DNA of 64,000 nt, taken from Cyanophora paradoxa CCMP329 (Eukaryota > Plantae > Glaucophyta). The DNA lies in assembly GCA_004431415.1 (NCBI GenBank), contig QPMI01000295.1, positions 1 through 64,000 on the forward strand. The letters run 5' to 3'. The translations under genes and the position numbers were made by a program. Each line of letters begins with the position of its first letter. Position 1 is the stretch's first letter. Below the pieces are notes generated by a model. It saw only the letters and a program-made list of their open reading frames with translations, was not told the origin of the DNA and searched no databases. This document shows, piece after piece, positions 36,531 through 49,047 of this stretch.

Positions 36531-39500
36531 TCAGCGCCGAAAGGGCCTCCACGGGGCGCGCTGGGGGACGGCAAGCGGGCCGGCGCGCGCACCGCGGCTC
36601 AGAATCCCCTCCACACGCTGCGCGAAGGGCGGGCGGCCCTCTGCTACCGGCCCCGGCGCAGCCCCCGGCGCCGCTCCCGCCGGCGGAGGGGGCGGCAGGC
36701 CGACGACCCAGCGGGCAGCGGGGGCCGGGCCGGGGCCGGGGCCGGGGCCGGAGCGTGCTGGGGCCGCGGGAGCGCTCGGAGAGGACCGCGAGCTCGCTCG
36801 CCTCCGTCGTCTCCTCGTCGTCGTCGCTCGAGGGGTACTCCGCCCGCTCCCGCCCCCGCTCCCGCCCCGCCCCCGGCTCGGGGCCTGCGCGCCCGTCAGG
36901 GAGGCGAGGGGAAGGGAGGGGGGGAGGGGGCGGGCCCTCGAGGGTGCGGGAGGAGTGGGAGGGAGAGGCGCGCGGGGCGGCCCCGCGCCTTCCCCCGGCC
37001 CCTCCCCGGCCACGCTGCTCGCCCCGCTCGGCTGCGCCGCCGTCACGCGCCCCGCCCCGCCCACGAGAAGGGCGAGCGGGGAGCCCCGGCACCGCCTCGC
37101 TGTCGAGGAGCCAGGCCCAGGGTTCGCGCCCCGGCGGGCGCGCGTGGCGATCGGGCACCGCTGCCCCGTGCGCGTGAGAAGGCGCGGCGCGGCGCAGCGC
37201 GGGGCGGTGGGGGCGAACGGGCGCAGAGAAGACGGGACCGGAGGGGAGGGAGTGCGGGGCGGGGCTGACGGGGCCCGAGGAGGAGAAGCTGCGGGAGGCG
37301 GGCGTGAGGGGGTCGGGGCGGAGGAGGGAGGGGGCGGGCCTCGGGGCCGGGGCGGCCCGGGTCGTCGGCGAGGGAGGAGGCGGAGGAGGCGGTGGCGGTG
37401 GGGGAGACCTCCGCCTGCGCGCCCCTCGCTCCGCGAGCGGAGCAAGCTGCCGTCGCGCCAGAGCGGCGCACCCGCGGCGAGGCCGCCCGCACGCGGCTGA
37501 GGGCGTTCTGGAAGGCGCTCGCGAGCCCGTGCCGCACCCCCTGCCGGCCCCGGTCGGGCGGGGCGGGAGGTGAGGGGCGGGGCGCAGGGCTCGGGGCGGG
37601 GGTACCGGGGCGAGGTTGGAGAGGTCGGGACGGCCTCGCGGGGGGTGCGGCGCGCCTCGGAGCTCAGCGAGCGGCGCCCCGGCGGGGGCGACGGCGGCTC
37701 CCGCCCGGGCCCCGGGCGGGGGCCGCGCCGGCCCCTCCGCCTCCTCCTCGTCCCGCCAGGGACCCGAGAGGGCATCGAGGGGCCCGCGCGCCTGCCACGG
37801 GGGCCTCAGCGGGGGCCGAGCGCGGGCGGGCGCCTCCCCTCCGAAGCAGCGCACCGGCTCCTCGCGCCAGGCGGGGCCCTCCACCTCCTCCGCCGGGGCC
37901 CGCCGCCGCCCGAACCCGAAGAAGCGCCGCCGCCGGCCCTGCGCCGCGTCGGACGGCGGGGCGGGCGGGGCGGGGCGGGGCGCGCCTTCTTGCCGGTGGT
38001 GGCGGCCGCCGGGGGCGCGCCGCGGGGAATCGAGGGGGCGGCGAGAGCGAGGAGGTGCCCTGCGCGCGGGGGCCCTCCTGCGGGGCCACCGGCATGCCGG
38101 CCGCCCACGCGAGGGGCCCCGGGGCCGCCGGCAGCGCCCCGCCCCCGGTCCCCGAGCGCCGGGTGAGGAATGCGGCGGGGGCCCCTCCGGCCGGGGCGGC
38201 GCTGCGGCGGGGCGGGGCTCAGGGCGGGGCGCGGGCGCGGGCTCGGGGCGGGGCGGGGCGGGACCTGGCGCGGCTGGCACTGGAGCCGGCGCTGGCGCTC
38301 CGGGCCCCCTCCCCGCCCTCCGCCCCCGGCGAGCCCGAGGCGCCCGCCCCCGGCCCCGGCCCCGCCCCGGGCCCCGGCCCCGCCTCCGCTTCGCCTCCTC
38401 CGCCTGCTTCTCCTGCCGCTGCGTCAGAGGCGGGCGGGGCAAGGTGGCGGGCAGCGTGGGGCGGGCCTGGAGGGCGCGCTGCTGCTTCTGGTGCTCGACG
38501 AGGGCCTGGTACTGCTGCCCGTACGAGACGTGCTGCGCCCCGCGCCGTCAGAGGCCGGCCTGCGGCGCCCGTGGCGCCCGCCCCGGCGACCTTGGCGCCG
38601 AGCTCGGCGTCCTTGCGGCCGCGGAACCTGCGCGGGCGGGGCGGGGCGTGAGGGGCCGGCGTGGGGGCGGGGCGGGGCGGGGCGGGCGCGCTTGAGCCTC
38701 GTGTAGACCTCGTCGAGCGCCGACGCCGACGCCGGCTTCCCGGCGCCCCCGCCCCCCGCCTCGGGCGCCGCCTCCTGGGGAGGGGGCACGGGGCCCGGGG
38801 CCGGCGGGGGCACCGGGGGCGGCACAGGGGCGCGCGCGTGCGCGTGCGCGGCCTCCTCGGGGTGCTCCCAGGGGGCCGCCTCGTCCCCGCTGAAGACGTG
38901 CCCCGCCGCGTGCCCCTCGTGCCCCTCGTAGCCCCCGTCGCCGGGCGGCGGCTTGGGCTCCGACCAGGGCAGCCGCGTGTCGCCGCCCTGCCCCCGCGGC
39001 GGGCTCCCGTACTCCCCGGGCACCAGCTGCCCCTCAGGGGGCACACCCGGGTCTGCCGCCCGGCGAGCCTCAGCGCCGAGGCGCGCGAAAGGAGCAAGGG
39101 GGATCGGGAAAGCGGACTTGGGGCGAAGATGATGTCACGGAGGGCGCTCACGTGAGCGTCCTGCGGCGCGGGCGTCGGGCCCTGGAGCCGCGGCGCCTCC
39201 GTTCCGGGGTACTGCATCGTCGGCGCCGGGTGGGGGTATAGGCCCAGGAGCTCCGCGGCCCGGCGGCGTTCCTCGTCGGCGTCTGGGTAAACGTCGTGAA
39301 CGGGGTACCCCGCCTCGTCCACGGGAGGGTACGGGTCGTAGGGGTAGGTGGGCCACTGGGGTTGGGGGGGCGATGTCTGGTGGGGCTGGCCCCGGGCTGC
39401 CAGTGGGGCGCGGGAGAGGGCGTGGGGGCCGGGGGCTGGCGGCGGGCGGGGCGCGAGGCCCGAAGAGGGCGGCGGAGGCGCGCGGGCCCTCCCGTCCTCG

Positions 39501-40313
39501 CTGCCCGCCCCCGCTCCCGCCTCGCCCTCCGCCCCGCCCCGCCCTCCGCGTCCAGGTCCAGCCTCCGCCGCGCCGTCGGGCGGGCCCCCTCCGCCCCGCC
39601 CCCGCCTCCGCTGCCGCCCCGCCTCCTCGGGGCCACGCCACATGTCCAGCCAGCCGGGCGCGTCGCTCGGGGTCTGCCCCACCGCCTCCCCCGCCCCGCC
39701 CCCGCCCCGCCCCGCCCCCGCCTCCTCCTCGGCCCCGCCGCGTGCGGCACGTGCGCCTCCGCCTCCGCCCCGCCTCCGCCTCCGCCGGGGCCGCCGCTTC
39801 GGCGGGGCGCTCGTGCTCGGGCGAGGCCTCCGGGGCGCGGGGCGGCCCGCGGGGCGCCCTCCGCCTGGACGGGGCGCGCGGGCTGCTGAAGGCCGAGGCG
39901 TGCGGGTGGGCGGCGGCGTGGGGCGCCCCGGCGAGCACCCCGCCGCTCATCGCCTCCAGCCGCTGCACCCGCCCCTTCACCTGCCCGCCCCGCCCCTCAC
40001 CCCGCGCCCTCTCGGCGGAGCGGGGCACCGCACCGTCCCCAGCGGCCGCCCGTCGATTCGCTCCTCGGGCGCAGCCGGCGACGCGCGCGTCGCGGGGGCC
40101 ACCGCCGCCGCCGTGGCCGCCAGCGTCTCCGCAGCGACCGCCTCCGCCCTGAGCGGCCTCAGCGAAGGGCTCCGAGGGCGCGCGAGGGACGCACTGCGGG
40201 GCGGCGAGCTCGGCTGCCGCCGGCGCCGGCCCCTGCGCGGCCGGCGCCAGCGGCGGCGCCGGCGCCGGAGCCGGCGTAGCGATCTGAGACGCGGCTGCAG
40301 TGGAGGCGGCGGA

Positions 40314-40345
<32 letters not shown>

Positions 40346-41380
40346 GCGTCTCGAGGGCGGAGGCGGCGGCGGCGGCGGCGGCGGCTGACGCGGCCTCGCG
40401 CGCCGCCTTGAGCTCGCTCGCGTCCCGCGCGAGCAGCGCCCGGTCGCGCCTGCGGGCGGCGTCAGCGGGGGCGGCGGGGGCTCGCGGGGGCGCCCGCGCG
40501 CACTCTACGCGCTCCCGGAGGGCCGCCAGCGCGCCCCGCTCCGCCTCCACCCCGGCCCCCTCGCCGGCCCCGGCCCCGCCCCCGCCCCGCCCTTCCCCGG
40601 GGGTACAGCCCCGCCAGCACGCCCAGGAGCGCCACCTGAGGGGCGCGGCCGGCCGGCCGGTCGGCGTGCGCAGGGGGCGCGACGGGCGCTGCGGGCGGGC
40701 GGGCGCACGGCGAGACAGCACTGCGTGCAGACGAGGGCAACGAGGACCTGGTAAGACCCGCCCTCCAGCTCCCGCCTCTGCACGCGCCGCCGCCGCCGCC
40801 TCAGCCCCGCCTCAGCGCCCGGGCCCCGGGCGCCGCACCTCGGCCGGCGTGAGCAGCGGGGCGAGGCTGACGTCGGGGGAGGGGCTCCCGCCGGGCTCGC
40901 CGGCGCCGCGCGCGTTCCGGACGCTGGCGAACTGGATGGCCGCGCCCACGTGGCTCACCGCCAGCGCGCAGGCCACCATGCCCAGCGCCAGACTCTGCAC
41001 ACACGCCAGCGCTCAGCGAGCGCCCCTAGGCTGCGGGACCTGGGTAGCCGATCGGACCGTTTCGCGGCGTCGGACATTGTCCTTGAAGAAGGATAACTCG
41101 ACCAGAGCGTGTATCGCTGCGCCTGCAGGTGAGCGACCGGCACAACGCGCGGTTCGGCCCCGGACAAGCCAGGGCAAGGCCAGCCGAAGACAAAGCGGAA
41201 TCGCTAACCAAACACGCCGCAAAGGGGCGCCGAGACGAAAACGAGGCTCAGGCCGGGAAGATGACCGGCGAACGCAACGTAGTCGAACTTGGAGCCGTAC
41301 ACGCCGACGAGCGCTGCCGATATCCCTAACAGAGACAGTGCCAGCAGAAGCTGGCCGATGCGGGCCGCGGTCGCTGGCAT
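36531..41380 (-). CDS. Hypothetical protein with several N-terminal TM helices, coiled-coil and low-complexity tail
   Basis: ATG 41380, MPATAARIGQLLLALSLLGISAALVGVYG; further hydrophobic exons (SLALGMVACALAV, VLVALVCTQCCLA); host-type introns throughout. The 3' end is uncertain. Confidence 0.5.
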
Positions 41381-41538
41381 AGCTACGCGGCCGCCTTCGC
41401 GCTGGCGGTCCCGACGAGCTGGCCTAGCTAGCCACAGAGATTGAAAGCGCTCGAAAGAGCGCTGGACCGAGTTGTGGGCCAACCGTGGTACGGTGGCAGT
41501 TACGAGGGAGTACAGCTGACTTCGTTCGCAACTAAAAA

Positions 41539-44397
41539 ATGATCCGCCGCATCGGCCGCATCGCGCGCGTGGCCGCCAGCTCGGCGATCAGCGCGGCCTC
41601 TGTTCAGAGCCGCCAGCTGATCCGAGCCGCGAGCGCCGCATCCTCCCTGTCGTCACCCTTCGCCCGGCGCAGTGCGTCCGCCGCGATCCCACTCGCCAGC
41701 CCGCCTGACGCCCTCCAGCGTACCGCGCGGGCAGCGAGGGGTCCGCGTCCGGCTCTGCCGGGGCGGCAGCGGGCGCGAGCTCCGAGTGGATTCTCTTCGC
41801 GGTCGCCGGAGCTGGCTTCGTTGCAGTAGGTCCGCCACAAATTCTACTTTCAATGCAATCTCTGCACCCAGCAAAGCCCTGTGAGAGCCAGGCAGGCTGA
41901 ACGCGGATCCCGCCCTTCGCAGTCATGACGGCCGGCGATCCGCACAAGGCCTACGCGGAGAAGCTGGCAGAGAAGCAGGCGGGAGGGAAGGCGGTGCAGG
42001 CGGGCAGCTCGGACGGCTCGCCGGCGCCGATCTACCGCATCGTGCTCACGGGCGGGCCCTGCGCGGGGAAGACCACGGTCCGCAAAGCGCTCGCGAGCCC
42101 GCGCGCCGTGCCCACGGGGCACTGATAGTACGCCTCGTTCCAGGCTCTCGCGATGGTCCACGGTACGCGCCCCGCGGTGCCGGCCTCGTGAGCGGGGCGG
42201 CGGGAGGCGCTGAGGCGGGGTGCGGGGCTGGGGGCGGGGCGGGGCAGACAAGCTGGCGGACGCCGGCTTCAAGGTCTTCATGGTGCCGGAGGCGGCCACG
42301 CTGATGCTCATGGGCGGCGCCCTCGAGAACAGCCACTTCAGCATGGAGCACATCGTCCGCTTCCAGGCGCCCGCGCCCGGCGTCCCGCCCCTCGCGCGCG
42401 CTGACGGCGTCGGGCGGGGGCCGCAGAGCAACATCGTGAAGGTGCAGATGGCGATCGAGGACGCGTTCACGGACCTCGCGCGCGGCTGCGGCGCCCCCGC
42501 CGTCGTCGTCTGCGACCGCGGTGCCCCCGCCCCGCTCCTCTGCGCCCCCGCCCCTCACCGCCCCGCCCCCTCACCCGCCCGCAGGCGTGATGGACGGGGC
42601 AGCATACATGTGAGACGCCCCCTCCTCCGCCCCCTTCCCCTCATCTGTGGGGTGCGCAGGCCGCCGGAGATGTGGGACGCCCTCCTCGACGAGAACGGCT
42701 GGAACGTCGTGCGCTGCACCCCCCCTTCCCCCTTCCCCGCCCCTCTCCGCCTCATCGCGCTCAGGTGAGCCTGCGGGACCGGCGCTACGAGGGGGTCATC
42801 CACATGGTCACGGCCGCCATCGGTGCGCCGTGGGGCCGGCGCGCCGCGGGGGCCCCGCGGGAGGCGGCGGGGCGACGGCGGTGCGCAGGGGCCTCGAATC
42901 ACTACTCCAAGGAGACGAATGCCGCGCGCATGGAGGGCGCCGACGAGGGTCCGCCCCCGCGGCCCGCGCGAGGGGGAAGGGGCGAGCGGGGGCGGGGGGG
43001 CAGCGCGGAAGCTGGACCTGCGGCTGCGGGAGGCGTGGACGGGCCACCCGCGGCTGCGGATCGTGGACAACAGCACCTCCTTCCAGGAGAAGTGCACCCG
43101 CGTGGCGCGCCCCCGCGCCCCGCCCCGCCCGCCCCCCGCCCCCCGCCCCCCTGCTCCCCCCCCGCTGAAGCTGCCTGGCGCAGGTCTCGGCGGTGCTGGC
43201 GATGTGCGGCCTGCCCATGCCCACGGCCCTCACCCGCAAGTTCCTCGTCCTCCCCCTCGACTCCTCCCAGGCCCGCCCCGCCCCCCGCCGGCCCCCGCCC
43301 CGCCTCACCGTCGCGGTAGGTGGCGGCGCTGACGGGGGGCGGGCGGGTGGAGGAGTTCGACATCGAGGACCGCTACCTCAAGACCACCGACGGCTCCGAG
43401 TCCAAGGCCCGCACCCGCCCCCGCCCCCCCGCCCCGCCCCGAGCGAGCCGCGCCCCCCTCTGAAGGCCCCCCAGCTCCGCCGCCGCGGCCAGAGCGGCAG
43501 CTGGGTCTACATGCACACCGTGCGCCCCCGCGCCCCCGCCTCGCCCCTCGCCGCCGGCCGCGGCCGCCTCACGCGCCTCCCCCGCAGGTGCTCACGCGGG
43601 CGCCCGACGGGCAGCTCGTCGAGTCCAAGCGCCAGATCTCGTCCGCCCGCCCCCCGCCCCGCCCCCTCCACCATCGAGAGAACCTGCATAGGACGCCACA
43701 GGCGAATGGGAGGGGGCCCACAGGGGAATCGTTCTCTGAACGCTAGTGCCGGCGCGACGGCTGCGAGGGGGCCAGGCGGGGGCTCTGCTGAGGCGGGCGC
43801 GCAGCGGGCGCGAGTACATGAACCTGCTCTCCATGGCCGACCCCACCCGCCCCGTCGTCAAGCGCCGCCGCGTACCCCGCCCCGCCCCCGGCCCCCGCCC
43901 CCTCCCGCCCCGCCTCACCCACGCGCAGGCGTGCTTCTTGTACCAAGACCACCCGTTCCTCCTCGTGCGTGCTCTTCCCGTGCTAGCGCACCGCGGGGCT
44001 GACTCGAGGGGCAGGACCACTTCGTGGACCCGCCGGCCGGTGCGGGGGCCTCTCGGGGGCAGGGGGGCGGGGGCGGGGCGGGGCGAGCGGGGGCGGGGCG
44101 GGCAGTGCTCGGCGTGCTGCGCGTCGACTGCGAGACGGGGGAGAAGGACGTGAGGATGCCCGCCCGCATCCAGGCACGCGCCCCCCTCCGCCCGCCCCCC
44201 TGCCCGCCCGACCCCCGCGCCCAGGTCGTCAAGGAGGTCACAGGCAAGGACACGTACGCGGCGGAGCAGGTACCCCCCTCGGGCTCCCCCGCTCGGGAGC
44301 CTCGCCGCCCGGGGCTTTAATCTCCCTCCGGTACCCCGCGCGCGCCCCCTGACGTGGAGCCGCTCGCCGCGCTCAGGTCGGCACGCTTCTGAAGTGA
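41539..44397 (+). CDS. Ttd14-like P-loop NTPase (AAA_28) + CYTH-like domain protein with predicted mitochondrial presequence
   Basis: IVLTGGPCAGKTT, VPEAAT, CDRG, YEGVIHMVTAA, AWTGHPRLRIVDN, EEFDIEDRYL, RRRGQSG, ESKRQIS, VVKEVTG. The upstream Arg/Ser/Ala-rich leader splices in frame. Confidence 0.8.
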
Positions 44398-45292
44398 GCT
44401 GCCGAGCCGCACCGGGTATAGGGCTGTCGGGCCGAGCCGCACCGGGTTGCTTCCCGCCCGCCATCATGGCATTGTAGTGTATTCCAACACGGTTTCGTCA
44501 CGAGTCGTGTGGGATTCATGATTCAAGTCAACTATCGATTCTATCGTCTTCCGAAAAGTTCTAGCAAGCCTGAAGCTCTAGCATGCGTTCTGGAACTTGG
44601 AATGCGAGCATCAAGTATCGGTCAGACACTCGTCTACTAGGCTAAGTAGCCTCGTAGCTGGGGACCGTCGGACGATGCGAGATTCCAGTCCGTTCTGGGT
44701 TCCGAAGTTCATGACAACGAACTCTCTAATCCGAGGCTCGATAGATGCTGAGATCTCGAAAGGGCCCGACGGTCCCGAAATTCAATGCAATGATTCGAAA
44801 GCAAAATGTCACCAGCTCGAAAGAAGGCCTCCTTACCCTACTAGGCTAATCATGAATTCATACGCATGCATGAACACGAATGATGCACTATGCTGTAGAA
44901 GAATTATGACCATATCAACAGAAACTACATGGATTAACATATCGATATCTGTAAATTACTGGCATGTAGAATTCTAACACAAGAGGCAAAAACTGATATG
45001 AAGGCAAATGCAAAAGGAAGCCTACGTAAACAAAACTGTACTCTAAGCAAAAGTCAAGTACTGATTGTGAGTCGCACGCATCAAACGTATCGATCACGCA
45101 TGCGTGAAGAGGGACGTCTGCAGCAGCAGAGCTTGAAGGCCTCGGGAGGAAGGTGGCGCGGGTCGGGTGGCGTGGCTAGCAAGTCAAGGCCTGCAGCAGC
45201 CCTCGGCGATGAGACCTGGGGCCCGCCGCGTCAGGCGCCGCCCTCCCGGTGCCAGCGCCGCCCCCGGCCGGGCGGCGGGCGGTTTCGAATTC

Positions 45293-47381
45293 TTAAAGAT
45301 TTAAAGCACTCCTGGCGACGGGAGTTGACGAGGGGGGCCCCGGGCGCCGGGCGGCGGGGCGGGGTGCCTCGGGGGCGGGAGGGGGCGGACCCTGGCGGAT
45401 GCCGACGCAGCGGAGGAGGGCGGGGCGGAGGTGCGGCTCGCGGGCCCCCGCCTCGAAGACGTCCCCCACCGCCGCCACCGACCCCAGCGGCACCAGCACC
45501 CTGCCCCCGCCCCCGCCCCCGTCGGCCCCGGCGCAGCCGCTGTGCGGGGGCGGCGGGGCGGACGGCTCGGGGGCGGGGCGGCGGGGTCGACGGGGAGGAC
45601 GAGGGCCCCCGGGCCGCGCTCCGTGCAGGGCGCGTGCAGGAAGAGGCCCACCTGCGCGCCCGCCGCCCCGCTCAGCCCCGCCGCCGCCCGGCCCGAGCGA
45701 GCGGCTCGCTGGCGCGCACCCCCTTGGAGGGCCCCGCGCCGCCCCCCAGGGCGCCGCGGGGGAGATGAGGACGACGGAGCAGAAGGCGGGGCCGGCCTCC
45801 GCGCCCCCGGCCGGCGGCGGCAGCGAGAGCCACGTGACGCCCTCCTTCGGGGCCGGCGGGCGCGCGGCAGCGACGGGCGTCTCGCCTGCGCGCGGGACGC
45901 CGCGTGAGGCGGGGGGGGGGGGGCAGGGCGCGGGCTGGCCCGGGGGCGGGGCCGGGGCACCGCGGGGGCTCGCGCCGGGCTCGTCGTTGGAGGGGCGGCG
46001 GGAGAGGGAGGCGGGCCCCAGACGCCGGCGTGCGCCGCGCGGGCGCCCTCAGAGGAGAGCGGGCCCGGCGCCGGCGGCGAGGGCGGGCCCGGCAGGCGGA
46101 TGGGGGCAGGCACGAGCCCGCCCCTCCCGCTCCCCGCTGGGCTCCCGCTTGACGAGCGGGCCCGGGGCGGGGGCGGCAGGATGGCGGGCGAGGCCGAGGC
46201 TCCCTCGCCCGGCGGGAGCATGGGGCGCTGCTGCGGGGTCTGCGCCTGCGCGTGCGGCCGGCGTCGGCGGGGCCGCGCGGTGCGGGCGGGGGGCGCGGGG
46301 GACCTGCGCGAGCAGCTGGAGGGCGCTGACGGCCGCCTCGCGAGAGCCCTCCTGGCCGCCCCCCGCCGCCCCCGCACCGCCCTCGCCAGCCCCGCCCACC
46401 GGCTGCCGCGGGGTCAGCCTGGGCCAGCGGGGCGCGTGCAGCGGGAGCGGGCACGTTCAAGAGCTTGACGGCGGCGGCGAGGGTGGCGGCGTTGAGTCCG
46501 GCCTGCGCGGCGAGCAGGCGCGCCCGCAGCTCCTCGTTCTCCTCCCGCAGCGCCTGCGCCCGCCGCGCCGCCCCCTCCGCCTCGTGCTTCAGCCGCTCCG
46601 CCGCCTCCGTCAGCAGGCTCAGGTGCTCCACCGTCCGCGCCAGGATCGTCTCCTGCTCCTCCGCTCAGCGCCGGCGGCCTCGAGCGGGGCGGGGCGCGAG
46701 GGGCGCCACCTTGTTGGGGGCGCCCCCCGAGGCGCGCAGGGCGGGGACGAGGGCCTTGAGCTCGCAGAGGCGCGTGTTCATCTTGTCCCGCCGCCTCTTC
46801 TCCCTGCGCGCCGCCCCGCCTCAGAGGGGGCGGCAGGGGGCGCGCGGGCGCGCGGGGGCCCCACTTGTCGTTGTGCTCCTCCCTGCGGCGCTTGCGGGAG
46901 GAGGACTCGTCCTCGGAGCCCTGGAGGGACTGCGTCCCGCTCGAGCCCGGGCCCCCGTGCGAGTCGGCCCCCGAGCGCGGCGACTGCAGCTGGCCCCCGG
47001 CGGCCGCGGCGAGGGGCCCCAGCACGTGCGCGAGGTGCACGTGGCTCGAGTGCGATCCGGAGGAGGGGGACGGGAGGGGGGGCGACCCCGCCGGGCAGGC
47101 CTCCGGCGCGTGGGACGACCCCGACAAAATGAACGAGCTGCGGTTGCATCAGAGCGAGAATTCGAACCCGAAAGAATTCGCGGGCTGTCGGCGCATGCGT
47201 ACAGGTCGTGCCGGGAGGAGGACGGGTCGGGCGGCTGCGGCGGGGTTTCGTGGAGAGGGCCGCTGGCTGAGCGGCGCCGCCCGAGCCGTTTGCCGCGCAA
47301 CTCCTCAGCCGACTCCAGCGGGAGGTCGGCCAGCGGGCCGAGGGACGCCAGTGGGAAGCGCTGCTCCTTCATCTTGTCCAT
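45293..47381 (-). CDS. bHLH-leucine-zipper transcription factor (multi-exon)
   Basis: RKRRREEHNDK|EKRRRDKMNTRLCELKALVP...NK|ETILARTVEHL followed by the heptad region LREENEELRARL. The 3' end is approximate. Confidence 0.8.
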
Positions 47382-48369
47382 TAACGCGCCTGGCGAGCAC
47401 AGGGCAAATCCAGTTAGAAAGGTGCAGGAAAAAGAGAGCGAGCTCCGAGAGAGAAATTGGGAGGAGCGTGCACGTTTTTTGCTGGCGCCGTCAATGTCAA
47501 CTATCGGAAACGCCTGTTACGCCGGGAGCCAGGAATGCGCGCGCGTGTGCCCACGGCAAGAACACTTCCAGCACGGCAATTGCAGCAAAAAGAGCTGCTT
47601 TGCGTGCTTTAATTCGCGCAGTCGATGGCGGGTCGTGCGTCGCGGCGGCGAGCTGCCCAACTCGCGCCTTCGGTCGGACAAAGAACGCTCCCGCTAATCC
47701 GCTCGGGGCCGGGGCTTTTGCTAATCTCGGACTCCGGGAGTCTGTGCGTAGTGTGCGTTATTCGGAAACGACGAGCTGGCCAGCGGAGCGTGGCGCGGAA
47801 GCCTCTCTGTGCGGAGAACGAGTCCAAGCTACCAGCATGCTGAGTAGGCTGAGAAGAGCGTCCGCAGCATGTGCCGCGCGTGTTGCTGAGCTGCAGGTCG
47901 CCGCGTTCGCCGGCCACTGTACACTATGCAGTAACTGAGTACTACGGCATGCCTTACTAGGCTACTATGCCGCCGTTTGCGTCAACGCATTGCCACTGCA
48001 ATTTGCCAGTTGTTCGGAGACGACGAGCTGCTGCATGCGCAGCCGGACTCCGGGAGCCGCTGCTGGAGCGTGCACCGGCGCTGCACTGGCGCATGGCGCG
48101 CAAGCGGCGCAACTTAAAGCTTAGCAAGCTTTCAAGTTTGAAGGTCCGCGGCGCGGTCCGACGCCGGGACTCCGGGACCGACGGTCACCGTGGGTCACGC
48201 CGTCACTGAGTCACGCTCATGACAGTGATCACGTGCACGCCGTCACGGCCGCGGGCCGCGGGCTCCGGGGATCCCGCGCGGCGGCGCGGCCCGGCCGCGG
48301 CGGCCGCGGCCGGGCGGCGGGGCCCGGCCCCGCCGGGCCGGCCCGGGGGCCGGGGCCGCGGGCCGCGGC

Positions 48370-48975
48370 TAGGGTTGCCGTTTTAGCTCAAGTTTTAGCA
48401 AATCCACTAAAACTAAAAGCCCTTGAAGTACGCTCAATTAAACTTGAGCGTTTTAGCCTAAAACTTGAATCCATACAAAGAGCGCCCATCCGGATCCAAC
48501 TTGAGAGCTCGAGAGGGGCGCTGCCTGCGAGTCTTCGAACCTAGCTATGTCTCAGCTACGTATATATGCCTTTCCTACCGGGTTTTCGCTCTAGACACAC
48601 GATTTTCGGATAATTATAATTATATAAAGAAGTGCGGTCCTAATATAAGCCCCTGAGGGGGGGTATATATACGTAGGCCTTCCAAGGGCACCCTGGCCTC
48701 AGAAAAGCTTAAGGTGCTTTACTGGTAGGTTTTCAATGCAGAAGGGCTTTATATCCGATGGAAGTACGATTAACATCCCGAATGGGGCGGTTCTGCGCCC
48801 AGAATAGGGCAATTCTGCCACCGGAAGTTCCGGAACCCCCCTCGATCGAGCCGCCGGCCGCGGCGCCGTCACGGCGTTTTCAAGTTTAGCTCAAGTCACT
48901 TGAAACTATGGAAACTTCCTATCAGTTTCCGTTTCCATGGGGGCGTAGGAAACTTCCTAGGAAGCGGCAACCCTA
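48370..48975. mobile_element. hAT-like MITE (TAGGGTTGCCG termini), TSD not preserved
   Basis: 11-bp TIR tagggttgccg / cggcaacccta; AT-richer interior. Confidence 0.6.
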
Positions 48976-49047
48976 CTCCGAGGCTCCCGAGTCCGCGGCG
49001 TCCGCCGCGCGCCGATCGCGAGTCCGCGCCGACGCGACTCCCAGAGT

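Noticed and set aside
44460-45110. AT-richer block with short ORFs between convergent genes
   Set aside because: No recognisable protein motif, TIR or TSD.
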